From IMG/VR virus record IMGVR_UViG_3300025072_000041, positions 1-26,352 of that record: a stretch of DNA of 26,352 bases, one strand, 5' to 3'. This DNA comes from a virus. Taxonomy: Duplodnaviria > Caudoviricetes. Made by a program: the position numbers and the translations under genes. The notes under the pieces are model-generated. The model was not told the DNA's origin. It saw only the letters and a list, made by a program, of their open reading frames with translations, and made no database searches. Positions 7,814-16,617 of the stretch are shown here, in pieces; the stretch's first letter is position 1; the number at the start of each line of letters is the position of its first letter.

Positions 7814-8752
7814 ATGGCTTTAGGCACAAATCAACAGACCGTAACCACGGCAGCTAATTTTATCCCCGAATTGTGGTCGGATGAAGTTATTGCCTCCTAC
7901 AAGCAGAACTTGGTGCTTGGTAATGTAGTCACCAAGATTAACCACAAAGGCAAAAAGGGCGATACGATTCATATCCCGGCCCCTGTCCGTGGTTCTGCTA
8001 ATGCTAAATCCGCCAACACTCAAGTTACGCTGCAGGGTGATACCCACTCCGTAGTGAACCTGAGCATTAACAAACACTATGAATATTCCGTAGTGATTGA
8101 AGATATTGCTGAAGTTCAGGCTTTGTCCTCGCTGCGCCGGTTCTATACCGACGATGCGGGTTATGCGTTGGCTAACCAGATCGATGATGATCTGTTCACA
8201 CAGTCTGAGGCCCTTCAGGGCGGCACTTCAGGTGCTGGCGTTTGGACTTCAGCGTTCATTGGTGGTGACGGTGTCACGGCTTATGATCCGACTGCAAACA
8301 CCAACACTGGTAATGCTTCAGACATTACTGATGCAGGTATCCGTAAACTGATCCTGCTTCTTGATAATGCTGACGTACCGATGGACAATCGTTGCATGGT
8401 TATTCCTCCCATTGCTGCGAATGACATGTTGGGCATTAACCGCTTCACCGAACAACAGTACATTGGTGACGGTAATGCGATCAAGTCCGGTAAGATTGGT
8501 AGTATCTATGGCATGGACGTATTCGTTTCGTCCAACTGCGCCAACGAAACTGCCGCCGACACCTCTACCGTTCATCGTGTTGGTCTTATGATCCATAAGG
8601 ATGCGATGGCGTTGGTTGAGCAACTTGGTGTTCGCTCTCAGACGCAGTACAAACAGGAGTACTTGGGTGACCTCTTCACTTCTGACTGCATCTATGGTGT
8701 AGGTGAACTACGGAATAACGCTGGCGTTGCCTTCGTTGTACCTAGCACCTAG
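7814..8752 (+). CDS. major capsid protein
   Basis: FIPELWS, GDTIHIP, LDNADVP..NR, IYGMDVF, IYGVG motifs; AAGGAG SD. Confidence 0.95.
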   Translation: MALGTNQQTVTTAANFIPELWSDEVIASYKQNLVLGNVVTKINHKGKKGDTIHIPAPVRGSANAKSANTQVTLQGDTHSVVNLSINKHYEYSVVIEDIAEVQALSSLRRFYTDDAGYALANQIDDDLFTQSEALQGGTSGAGVWTSAFIGGDGVTAYDPTANTNTGNASDITDAGIRKLILLLDNADVPMDNRCMVIPPIAANDMLGINRFTEQQYIGDGNAIKSGKIGSIYGMDVFVSSNCANETAADTSTVHRVGLMIHKDAMALVEQLGVRSQTQYKQEYLGDLFTSDCIYGVGELRNNAGVAFVVPST

Positions 8753-8832
8753 GATGAATAGGGACTATAGGATACGGTTTGGAGTAATCCCTGGTGGGCT
8801 TATTTCAGATCGTGTCCTAGTCCTAAATCCTA
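8750..8832 (+). other. long RNA hairpin at the MCP 3' end overlapping the next gene start
   Basis: 8761-8791 pairs with 8796-8824: 28 pairs (6 G-U), one mismatch, one 2-nt bulge; extra UAGGAU/AUCCUA helix. Confidence 0.75.
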
Positions 8833-9248
8833 ACTACGGTGATCCTATAGGAAACTATGGGTCTCGCCCAGTAAAACCAGAGGCCTCTTGGTTTAAGAAA
8901 CTCGAAACTAAGTGGCAATATTATAGTAGACTTGAAGACTCCATATTGACTGAGGGATTTAAGAACCCTATTTTCTGCCAAGCAATAGATGAGGGAACCT
9001 TCTCCCGATATGGAACTTCAAGGCTCTATATAGCACAAAAGAACAACTTAGAACTTCCTGTTATCATTGCTGATTACGTAGATAGTTGGGAGAACTTAGA
9101 GGAACTTAAGACAGCGGAAGACATCCTCACTAAGTTTCAAGACCCTCCTAATCTTCTTGAGTTAAATAAAGAAGACATGAGATTTGATGGTTGTAAACAC
9201 TTCCATCTAGATGACGACACTATTACCCATATGGAGTTGATAGCATAA
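8754..9248 (+). CDS. ParB/Srx-like N-terminal domain protein (164 aa)
   Basis: LEDSILTEGFKNPI...YGTSRLYIAQK..LELPVII resembles the ParB/sulfiredoxin motif; ATG 1 nt after the MCP stop. Confidence 0.6.
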   Translation: MNRDYRIRFGVIPGGLISDRVLVLNPNYGDPIGNYGSRPVKPEASWFKKLETKWQYYSRLEDSILTEGFKNPIFCQAIDEGTFSRYGTSRLYIAQKNNLELPVIIADYVDSWENLEELKTAEDILTKFQDPPNLLELNKEDMRFDGCKHFHLDDDTITHMELIA

Positions 9249-9460
9249 TGCCGACATATAACTACACATGTAAGAAATGCGACCATATTCAGGAAGAGTT
9301 TAGACACATGGCTGATTGTAATGATCCCACTAAGTGTGACAAGTGTGGTGCTAAAGCATTAAAATCTTTATCTACCCCTGCTTTACACTTAGTATGGGGT
9401 GAGGACAAGTTTGCCAGAGAGCATGAAATTGAAGGTAATGGAGTTAGAAGCTACGTATAA
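9248..9460 (+). CDS. FmdB-family zinc-ribbon protein
   Basis: MPTYxYxCxxC...CxxCG...STP; TAATG overlap. Confidence 0.85.
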   Translation: MPTYNYTCKKCDHIQEEFRHMADCNDPTKCDKCGAKALKSLSTPALHLVWGEDKFAREHEIEGNGVRSYV

Positions 9461-9505
9461 TGACTTCCACTAGGACACACCCTAAGTACACTGGACGGAA
9501 ATCAA

Positions 9506-10084
9506 ATGACAATTACACTTGAATCAGTCTTTAATGATACCTCCTATGATCTTGAACTTGAAAAGATTAAAGGTAAGATACAAAAGCTCTATATGGACCT
9601 TGTGGAGAAGACTTATAAATCATTGAATCCCAATGCAACTTCAGAACAACTTCAGTCCTTTCAGGAAGCCAATGCTTTAGAGTTTAAACAGAGTAATGAC
9701 TTCGGTGAAGAGGCGGAAGGTCTTGAGAAAATACTTGATCTACTGGTTAACGACGAGAACTTAGATAAAGTCACTGATCAATCCTACGAAAAACCAGACG
9801 TAGAGAAGGGTGGAACAAAGGTTAAGGGTAAGGACAGCTTCTTCAAGGCCATTACAAAGGCCATTGAAATGCCCAAAGGTGGTCTATTTGATCACTTAGA
9901 TAGCCGTAAGAAGACAAGCACCAAGGCACTTAAGACACCTAGAGGTTCCATAGCTCGTCTTATTAAGGATCAACCTAAGGTCGATACTCGCTCTTTACAG
10001 GACATTTGGGACGAGGAACGTGAGAAGCTTTTGGAATTAGTTCGGAAGCGTAATAAAGAACATGGTGTGAGGTTCTGGGAATGA
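9506..10084 (+). CDS. hypothetical protein (192 aa, acidic N-half, basic C-half)
   Basis: Long ORF in operon orientation, ATGA-coupled to the next gene. Confidence 0.75.
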   Translation: MTITLESVFNDTSYDLELEKIKGKIQKLYMDLVEKTYKSLNPNATSEQLQSFQEANALEFKQSNDFGEEAEGLEKILDLLVNDENLDKVTDQSYEKPDVEKGGTKVKGKDSFFKAITKAIEMPKGGLFDHLDSRKKTSTKALKTPRGSIARLIKDQPKVDTRSLQDIWDEEREKLLELVRKRNKEHGVRFWE

Positions 10085-10215
10085 GTCATTTTAAAGGTAA
10101 GCCAGTTAAAGTACGTAAGGCAAGGAAGTCTAAGAAGAAGTCCACTAGAGAAGGTCCCACTAAGGCTCAAAAACGTAACTTACTCAGATGGAAGTCTGAA
10201 GTTAGAGGCTTATAA
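10081..10215 (+). CDS. small very basic protein, 44 aa (MSHFKGKPVKVRKARKSKKKSTREGPTKAQKRNLLRWKSEVRGL), not in ORF track
   Basis: ATGA overlap upstream, TAATG overlap downstream, GAGG SD. Confidence 0.7.
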   Translation: MSHFKGKPVKVRKARKSKKKSTREGPTKAQKRNLLRWKSEVRGL

Positions 10216-10391
10216 TGCGTAAAGGTAGAACTAAACCAGCATTTAAGCCATTCCCTAAGGAAAGGACCCCTGCTTGGTCAAGACAAAAAATATTCATGAT
10301 GTTGTCCGACAGGAAACAGGAGCAAAGGTCACCTTTCTTATTTGGTGACTCCAAAGCACTTTATGGACAAGCTAAGTTTATATCTAGATAA
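10215..10391 (+). CDS. small basic protein, 58 aa (MRKGRTKPAFKPFPK...FLFGDSKALYGQAKFISR), not in ORF track
   Basis: TAATG coupling, GAGG SD; fills the gap before the fibre gene. Confidence 0.7.
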   Translation: MRKGRTKPAFKPFPKERTPAWSRQKIFMMLSDRKQEQRSPFLFGDSKALYGQAKFISR

Positions 10392-10406
10392 TAAAGGAAA
10401 TAGGAA

Positions 10407-10976
10407 ATGACTGATTTTACACCCGCAATAGCATGGTCAGGCAAGGACGCTCTAAGTGATGGGGACGCTAATAAGATCATCTCAGGTGATGACTTTAATA
10501 CTGAGTTCTCAGGTGTCCAAACTGCAGTAAACTCTAAGTATGACTCGACGGACCTTGGTGTTACTCTCCAACAGTTCGATTCAGATACTGCCAAGTTAGA
10601 TACGGCACAGGATTGGACAGCCATTCAGTCACTTATGCAACTTACGGATTACAGTGTGACTACTAATGCCATAGGTGGCACAGGTGGTGGTACCCAGGAC
10701 ATTGATATAGAACTTGGTAACTCAGTTACTGCCACTGTGGATACTTCAGCCAACACCTTCACCTTTAGTAATCCTACGGCTTCAGATGAGTTCTGTGGGT
10801 TTACCTTAGGGTTGACCAATGGTGCAAGTCAGACGGTGAACTGGCCGTCATCAGTTGATTGGGCCGGAGGATCAGCCCCAACCTTAACGACTTCAGGCGT
10901 CGATTGGTTAGTTTTTTGGACTGTCGATGGCGGCACAATCTGGAATGGCGCACTAGTTGGAGCGGCGTTCGCGTAA
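10407..10976 (+). CDS. tail fibre, proximal/anchor protein
   Basis: N-terminal KDAL..GDANKIISG..FNTEF..VQTAVNSK anchor; C-terminal WPSSVDWAGGSAPTLT..VD..VF.T.DGGTIW fibre motif. Confidence 0.75.
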   Translation: MTDFTPAIAWSGKDALSDGDANKIISGDDFNTEFSGVQTAVNSKYDSTDLGVTLQQFDSDTAKLDTAQDWTAIQSLMQLTDYSVTTNAIGGTGGGTQDIDIELGNSVTATVDTSANTFTFSNPTASDEFCGFTLGLTNGASQTVNWPSSVDWAGGSAPTLTTSGVDWLVFWTVDGGTIWNGALVGAAFA

Positions 10977-13837
10977 TGACAAATTTACTCAAAGCCATGG
11001 CGGGTGCCGCTGGTGGAAGTGCTGCTGGCGGTTACGAGGTGGATAATTCAGTACGGTTTAATGACGACGACAACCCCTATATGTCGAAAACGTGGGGGAG
11101 CGCCCCCACTGACGCCCGACAGTTTGCAGTCATCTTGTGGTTTAAACCCTGCAATGTTGTTGATTACATGTACCACTGGACCTGCAATACGGGGACAGTC
11201 GATGGAAGGATACATGCTGGTTACGACACAAATCAAAGATTATCCATAACAATGTGGCAATCTGCTTCTTGGAAGAAGATAATCACAACTAGGCAATTTC
11301 GTGACCCGACTTCTTGGTATCATGTCATGTATGTCGTTGATATTGACAATGGCACATCAGCAGATCGTTTTCAAATCTGGGTTAATGGTGTTAGAGAAAC
11401 TGACTTTGATACGGAAACACAACCGAGTACCGGCACTGATGTTTTATTCCTTAAAAGCGGCGAAACGGCTGTTCTTGGTGCCAATGCCGATGGTTCTAAT
11501 TACTATCACGATGGGTACTTTTCGCAATACATAGTCCAAGACGGTGAAGCGCCCACAGATATGAGCCATGTAGGAGAATTTGACGACGAGGGTGAATGGC
11601 GTCCCATAGACGTAACTGGCCTCACGTTTGGAGCGAATGGTTTCCTCTTAGCCTTCTCAACAGCCCCTGGAACAGATGACGGCGCTGGCACTGACGTTTC
11701 AGGTAATGACAATCACTTCACAGACAGCGGCCTTGCTGCGAATGATCAAGTGACTGATTCGCCGACTAACAATTTTTGTACTATTGCTAGCAATAGTGAG
11801 CCACTTCACGCTGGTACGGGTGTGTGGACGGTTGCTAATGGCAATACCGAGGCGGGTCTAGCCTCTGGCACAGGTGATATGCATTATCGCACGACTATGC
11901 AAGTTTCAGAGGGCGAATGGTATTGGGAGGATACGGTTGGCACCCAGGGGGCATGGGGCGATATGTTTGGTATCCTCGAAATTAATACCGGGGGTCTATA
12001 TAGCGTCCACAACTATAATGGCTCCCTGAACGCAGACACGACAACTAATTCTACCAGTGGTGGGGCGCAGGGGTACGGCAGTGGACTATCTTCGGGCGAT
12101 ACAGTATGCAACCATCTAGATCTAGAGAGCGGCGAGTACTCTATGAGAGTTAATGGCGGGTCTTGGCGTGAGCAATTAACCGGAATGTCCGGGGCCTGGT
12201 CCCCGATGATCGGAATGAATAACCAAACGGCTAGTTTTCAGGGTAACTGGGGTACATCTCCGAGAGGTAGCGGCGGCAATGCAGATGACAATGGTTATGG
12301 TGACTTTGACTATGCGCCTCCTACAAATGCACTGTCTCTTTGCACAGCCAACATGACCGCCCTGACTTTCGATCCAGCGGAGCATCATCAGGTGGAGCTA
12401 GTTAATAATGACTACATAGCCTACGGAGCCGGGACAGTCATTGGTGATATGACTGATTCTACGGCTGGTAATGCTCTCGCTAATGCATTTGATGATACAA
12501 CGGTTTCAGATGATAATGGTAATAGCTCCGCAAAGCGGGGTACAGTAACGGATGCGTTTGCTGGCAAAGATTGGGGTTCTGGTGTTTCCAGGACCATTAA
12601 CAGGTTCGATGTCTGGGACGTAAATAACGCTGGTTATTTCGATAACACCTCAGAAGGTAGGATACATCTTTACGGCTCGGACAGTACGCCCTCTAATGCA
12701 ACAGATGGGACAGTTCTGTTTTCATCTGCTGCGTTTAATTCAACAGTAGCAAGTCAGCCTAAATCCTATGATGTCTCAGATGGTATTATCACGACTACCG
12801 CTTACCGCTATCATTGGGTAGCCTTTGTCCCAACCTCTAGCGCCAGCAATGTTCGATGTGGTGAGATACAATTCTACGAGAACTTCTTCACACTTGGTTG
12901 GAACGCCGATACCTATGACACGCTGTTTATAATTAAGAACCGTGATAGTAGTGAGGCGTGGTTCTGGATAGATGGTCTTAATGGCTACGATAAATATTAT
13001 AGAACCTCTACCGTGGGGGACACACAGCAGACAGATGCTAATATCATTTCGGTCAGCGGGACGACTATCACTCTTGGGTCAACGCTTGCGGCTGATAATT
13101 ATGTCGTTGAATGCCATAGAGCAGGGGACGCTGGTGGTGCCGAAAATACTGAAGGGACACCCATTACTACCACAGTATCAGCTAATTCTACGACACAATT
13201 CTCCATCGTTAACTACACCGGAACAGGCGTTAATGCTACAGTAGGTCATGGTCTTAGTGGTGCTGACGTTGTTATGGCATTTGCTGACGCTGCTGAAACA
13301 AGCATTTGTGGACACACTGGCGCAGGCTGGACAGGAACCTTGCGTCTAGATGCGACCTCAGCGCAGTCTACAGACGCCACAGTTTGGCAAGACACAGCAC
13401 CCAACCCCACAGTAGTTACGATTGGCACTTATCAAAGCGTCAACAAATCATCCACGGCGATCACACTTTACTGTTTTAAAGCTGTCGAAGGCTACAGCGC
13501 ATTTGGGAGTTATGAGGGTAATAATTCTCCGACGGGGCCGGTATTAAATACGGGGACCAACGCTAATTCCGTTATCTTCAAATCAATCGACGGCGTAAAA
13601 CAATGGTCTATGATGAGGTCAGCCACAGAAGACGGCAATACTGGCGCAACTAACCAAATGTACCCCGACCAAACACAGACGGAAAGTGGCGCTGGTACAG
13701 AGGATGTGGATTTCATCTCTCCCGGTATTAAACTCAGGACTACTGATAACGCCATTAATGCGGCAGAGACTTACATCTACGGCATGTGGGGCACACCAAC
13801 AGTCAACAAATCAGGAACTCCAGCGAAAGCGAGATAA
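10976..13837 (+). CDS. large receptor-binding tail fibre/spike (LamG/ConA-like, SPRY-like, discoidin-like and C-terminal beta domains), 953 aa
   Basis: TAATG start at 10976; FRDPTSWYHVM (LamG), GEWYWE (SPRY), NAFD..TAYRY..EIQFY (F5/8-like), FSIVNYTG..TVGHGL. Confidence 0.8.
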   Translation: MTNLLKAMAGAAGGSAAGGYEVDNSVRFNDDDNPYMSKTWGSAPTDARQFAVILWFKPCNVVDYMYHWTCNTGTVDGRIHAGYDTNQRLSITMWQSASWKKIITTRQFRDPTSWYHVMYVVDIDNGTSADRFQIWVNGVRETDFDTETQPSTGTDVLFLKSGETAVLGANADGSNYYHDGYFSQYIVQDGEAPTDMSHVGEFDDEGEWRPIDVTGLTFGANGFLLAFSTAPGTDDGAGTDVSGNDNHFTDSGLAANDQVTDSPTNNFCTIASNSEPLHAGTGVWTVANGNTEAGLASGTGDMHYRTTMQVSEGEWYWEDTVGTQGAWGDMFGILEINTGGLYSVHNYNGSLNADTTTNSTSGGAQGYGSGLSSGDTVCNHLDLESGEYSMRVNGGSWREQLTGMSGAWSPMIGMNNQTASFQGNWGTSPRGSGGNADDNGYGDFDYAPPTNALSLCTANMTALTFDPAEHHQVELVNNDYIAYGAGTVIGDMTDSTAGNALANAFDDTTVSDDNGNSSAKRGTVTDAFAGKDWGSGVSRTINRFDVWDVNNAGYFDNTSEGRIHLYGSDSTPSNATDGTVLFSSAAFNSTVASQPKSYDVSDGIITTTAYRYHWVAFVPTSSASNVRCGEIQFYENFFTLGWNADTYDTLFIIKNRDSSEAWFWIDGLNGYDKYYRTSTVGDTQQTDANIISVSGTTITLGSTLAADNYVVECHRAGDAGGAENTEGTPITTTVSANSTTQFSIVNYTGTGVNATVGHGLSGADVVMAFADAAETSICGHTGAGWTGTLRLDATSAQSTDATVWQDTAPNPTVVTIGTYQSVNKSSTAITLYCFKAVEGYSAFGSYEGNNSPTGPVLNTGTNANSVIFKSIDGVKQWSMMRSATEDGNTGATNQMYPDQTQTESGAGTEDVDFISPGIKLRTTDNAINAAETYIYGMWGTPTVNKSGTPAKAR

Positions 13838-13839
13838 TT

Positions 13840-14475
13840 ATGACGTACATTATTGAAGACTCCAGCCACACGCTGGTGAAGAAAATCAACAATTTATCGG
13901 CTGTTCAACGACCTGACGGTGGAATTACAACTAACGCTAGGGTAGACGAACAACTCCATGACGAAAGCGGCAATGAATATTTTATCCGTCGCATTGAAAC
14001 CGTCACAGTCGGTGAAGGCCCAAGAAATCTTGGGCAGTCTGCTCCGAAATTTGAAGACGGCAGATGGATCGTTGAACATAAAAGAGGTGCAGCACTTCCA
14101 CCACCGCCCGATCCGCAGCCTGGGGATGATCGATACGATTACGCTGAACTGCGGAGGCAGGAGTTTAACAAAAATCTGCCAATGGGCGACCAGGCTGACG
14201 CTATTCTCAAATGGGCCACCTCCATTCGCATGAAGCAAAGCGCAGTGGCTGACGCTGTTGATGGTCTGACGATTGAACAATTACCTGACATTGTCACCTC
14301 TGCTGCTGTCGAAGGCGATCCTGATGATGTTGTAACGCCGGGGACTATCCAGCTAACAGCAGATAGCTTAAATGACCTCAAGTCTGCGCTTGCGCCTATT
14401 TTTGATCTCCCCGCTGACCTTGATGGGATCGTCGGCCAATGGACGGCAGTTAAAGCCAAATTTCCGAAAGAGTAG
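13840..14475 (+). CDS. putative tail-fibre assembly/associated protein
   Basis: Directly after the fibre; Y..LRRQEF..P.GDQ.DAI...W.AVKAKFPK pattern common in such proteins; ATG 13840 preferred. Confidence 0.6.
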   Translation: MTYIIEDSSHTLVKKINNLSAVQRPDGGITTNARVDEQLHDESGNEYFIRRIETVTVGEGPRNLGQSAPKFEDGRWIVEHKRGAALPPPPDPQPGDDRYDYAELRRQEFNKNLPMGDQADAILKWATSIRMKQSAVADAVDGLTIEQLPDIVTSAAVEGDPDDVVTPGTIQLTADSLNDLKSALAPIFDLPADLDGIVGQWTAVKAKFPKE

Positions 14476-14484
14476 AAAATATTA

Positions 14485-14811
14485 ATGGTTAGACCTATTC
14501 TCCTCGCTATCGTTATTTTTGCTTGGTCATTACCCGCAACAGCGGAACTGTTGATGAGAAGCGTGGTAACGCAGATGGTTTGCGGTGATAGCGAGGACAT
14601 GGGGAGATTTCTTGCGGGATCAGGGGCTTTTATCGTGGGCTACGGAAAAGGGCATGATGCGGATGTGTCTGTTGCTGTTTGGCAATTAAAGGACGGTCAG
14701 TTTATTGTGACAAGTCTTGATGAGAGTGGCGCTGGCTGTATCATTCAAGCCGGTAGCGATTGGAAAAGCAGTTTAGTAAAACTTGGGCCAGACACAGACG
14801 TAAAACTATAA
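14485..14811 (+). CDS. exported protein with Sec signal peptide and two Cys
   Basis: Hydrophobic N-terminus ending A-T-A; VCG...GCIIQAG.DW. Confidence 0.7.
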   Translation: MVRPILLAIVIFAWSLPATAELLMRSVVTQMVCGDSEDMGRFLAGSGAFIVGYGKGHDADVSVAVWQLKDGQFIVTSLDESGAGCIIQAGSDWKSSLVKLGPDTDVKL

Positions 14812-14846
14812 TGTGTCTATTGCCTCGTCAATATTGAGTACATATT

Positions 14847-15209
14847 ATGGAACTAGGCGTAAGAGAATTAATGACAATTGCTACGGTTTTGAGTGGATTA
14901 GCCGCTACTTGGGGATTGGTAAGAGGCCAGATTGCGCGATTGTTGGAAGACCTAACAAAAGCCAACGACTCGATTACCACACTGTATACGAGGCTTGATC
15001 AGATGGAGTCATCAGACAGTGTGCAGAAACACCAGATTCGGGTGATCGCCAGTATGTTATCACCAGAGCAACGAGAGCAACGAGCAAGAGAGCTAGAATC
15101 TTTGCAGCATAAGGTTAGTTCAATTAGGCGGGATTGTGATACACTTATGTCGTCGCATAATGGCTCTCATCCTTACATACCACCGCCAGCGGGGTGTATA
15201 GATCAATGA
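14847..15209 (+). CDS. membrane-anchored coiled-coil protein
   Basis: One N-terminal TM segment (LMTIATVLSGLAATWGLV) followed by heptads. Confidence 0.7.
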   Translation: MELGVRELMTIATVLSGLAATWGLVRGQIARLLEDLTKANDSITTLYTRLDQMESSDSVQKHQIRVIASMLSPEQREQRARELESLQHKVSSIRRDCDTLMSSHNGSHPYIPPPAGCIDQ

Positions 15210-15532
15210 CCGAAACATCATGGCATCTTAGCAAGAACTTCACCATCGGTCATGTTCTGGCAGTGGTAGGGGTGATCAGCGCAGGGATAATCGCATTTAA
15301 TACGCTGGAACAAACAGTGGCGAATGATGTTAGGGACTTACAGGCCCACAAAATCTCACAGTCGGCAGACCAGATACAACAAGTCGAAGCGAATCAAAAT
15401 GATCGTGAGCAAATTAACGAGCTTAAAACGCAGACAGCGGTTATTCAAAACACGATAGAAATCATGCAGCGGACACTAGATGACAACCGACAGGATATAA
15501 AGGAAATTTTAACAGAGGTAAAAAGGCGATGA
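15206..15532 (+). CDS. membrane-anchored coiled-coil protein
   Basis: ATGA start at 15206; TM IGHVLAVVGVISAGIIAF; coiled coil ending DIKEIL. Confidence 0.7.
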   Translation: MTETSWHLSKNFTIGHVLAVVGVISAGIIAFNTLEQTVANDVRDLQAHKISQSADQIQQVEANQNDREQINELKTQTAVIQNTIEIMQRTLDDNRQDIKEILTEVKRR

Positions 15533-15606
15533 CATTTTCTTGGGGCGAAGGAATTATTCTGATTGTGCTGGTCGTCATACTGATAAACCAAATAAGGTAC
15601 AAATGA
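15529..15606 (+). CDS. 25-aa single-TM peptide (MTFSWGEGIILIVLVVILINQIRYK), not in ORF track
   Basis: ATGA overlaps at both ends, GAGGT SD. Confidence 0.65.
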   Translation: MTFSWGEGIILIVLVVILINQIRYK

Positions 15607-16193
15607 CTCTGACAAAAAATATTGCAATGATTGTAGTGGCGGCTATTACAGGGTTCAGTCCAATGGGCGTCATGCTGGTACAGAATCATCTTGAGCGGCA
15701 GGAATTAGCATCAGGTGAGATCAACCGAACGGTTCTATTGAATCATTCGCTTTTTACTCATGCGGATACTTGGTTGCAATTGGTTATTCCGCAACTGAAT
15801 GTGACAGCAACGGCTAAGAAATTCCTAACGATTAAGTTCGCTGCGTTCCAAGACAGTCTGAAAAAACTGGTCAAGTCCACAAATTTCAATGAATTGTCGG
15901 ACTCTGAAATGCATACCTTGTTATCCCACAACCTAACTGAAACGGTTACAGATTATCTTGCAGATGCAAGACGAGGGGGGATATCAAGTGCGTTCATTGA
16001 CAACTTCAATAAGTGGCATAGGCGGGTAGTGGACATTTTGGTAAGGGCGATTGAGGATAATGTCTACTCGGTAGTTCACACATCACAAAACGGTAAAATG
16101 TATGCGATTTTAACTGCTTATGACGCTGCTCTTGGTGCCACGATTGATGACGTTGAAAAGACGTTGATCCAACTGGACATAAAGGAGAAGTAG
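15603..16193 (+). CDS. N-terminally anchored helical hypothetical protein (196 aa)
   Basis: ATG 15603 with TAAGG SD and ATGA coupling, preferred over TTG 15540. Confidence 0.7.
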   Translation: MTLTKNIAMIVVAAITGFSPMGVMLVQNHLERQELASGEINRTVLLNHSLFTHADTWLQLVIPQLNVTATAKKFLTIKFAAFQDSLKKLVKSTNFNELSDSEMHTLLSHNLTETVTDYLADARRGGISSAFIDNFNKWHRRVVDILVRAIEDNVYSVVHTSQNGKMYAILTAYDAALGATIDDVEKTLIQLDIKEK

Positions 16194-16194
16194 T

Positions 16195-16617
16195 ATGCTT
16201 AGTTTACTTGGATCACTCTTGGGTTTTGGGACCAGCTTCCTGCCTAAAGTCATGGATTTCTTCCAGGATCGTGCTGATAAGAAGCACGAATTAGCGGTGA
16301 TGACTAAGGCGGCAGAAATCCAACTGGATAGGACTGCGATAGATGCGAACATTAGAGAAGTTGAGACTATACACGAACACGATGCCTCTCTTGACGGGGG
16401 TGGCTTCATTAACGCTCTCCGTGCTAGTGTACGTCCTGTTATCACTTATCTTTTTATGGCCTTATTTATAGGGGTTGAAGTTACTACATATATGCTCCTA
16501 TTGGACAAAGGTATTGAGCCAGGGGATGCACTTATTAATGTTTGGAACGATGAAGTTATGGCTATGTGGGCCGCAATCTTGGCCTTCTGGTTTGGTGGTA
16601 GGCAGTTTAGGAAGTGA
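16195..16617 (+). CDS. holin, GTA_holin_3TM-like
   Basis: SVRPVITYLF and C-terminal FWFGGR motifs; directly upstream of the endolysin. Confidence 0.8.
   Translation: MLSLLGSLLGFGTSFLPKVMDFFQDRADKKHELAVMTKAAEIQLDRTAIDANIREVETIHEHDASLDGGGFINALRASVRPVITYLFMALFIGVEVTTYMLLLDKGIEPGDALINVWNDEVMAMWAAILAFWFGGRQFRK

Noticed and set aside
8703-8760. Capsid extension by readthrough or frameshift (T7 gp10B-like)
   Set aside because: Readthrough hits another UAG after two codons and the -1 frame stops at once. The +1 frame is open but ACC-UAG is not a recognised shifty site; not fully excluded without proteomics
10859-10975. Track N-terminal extensions (also starts 8703, 13786, 15194, 15540)
   Set aside because: Downstream ATGs with stop/start coupling or an SD fit better; the extensions overlap other genes
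10976-13837. Diversity-generating retroelement targeting the fibre
   Set aside because: No reverse transcriptase and no TR/VR repeat pair seen in the window
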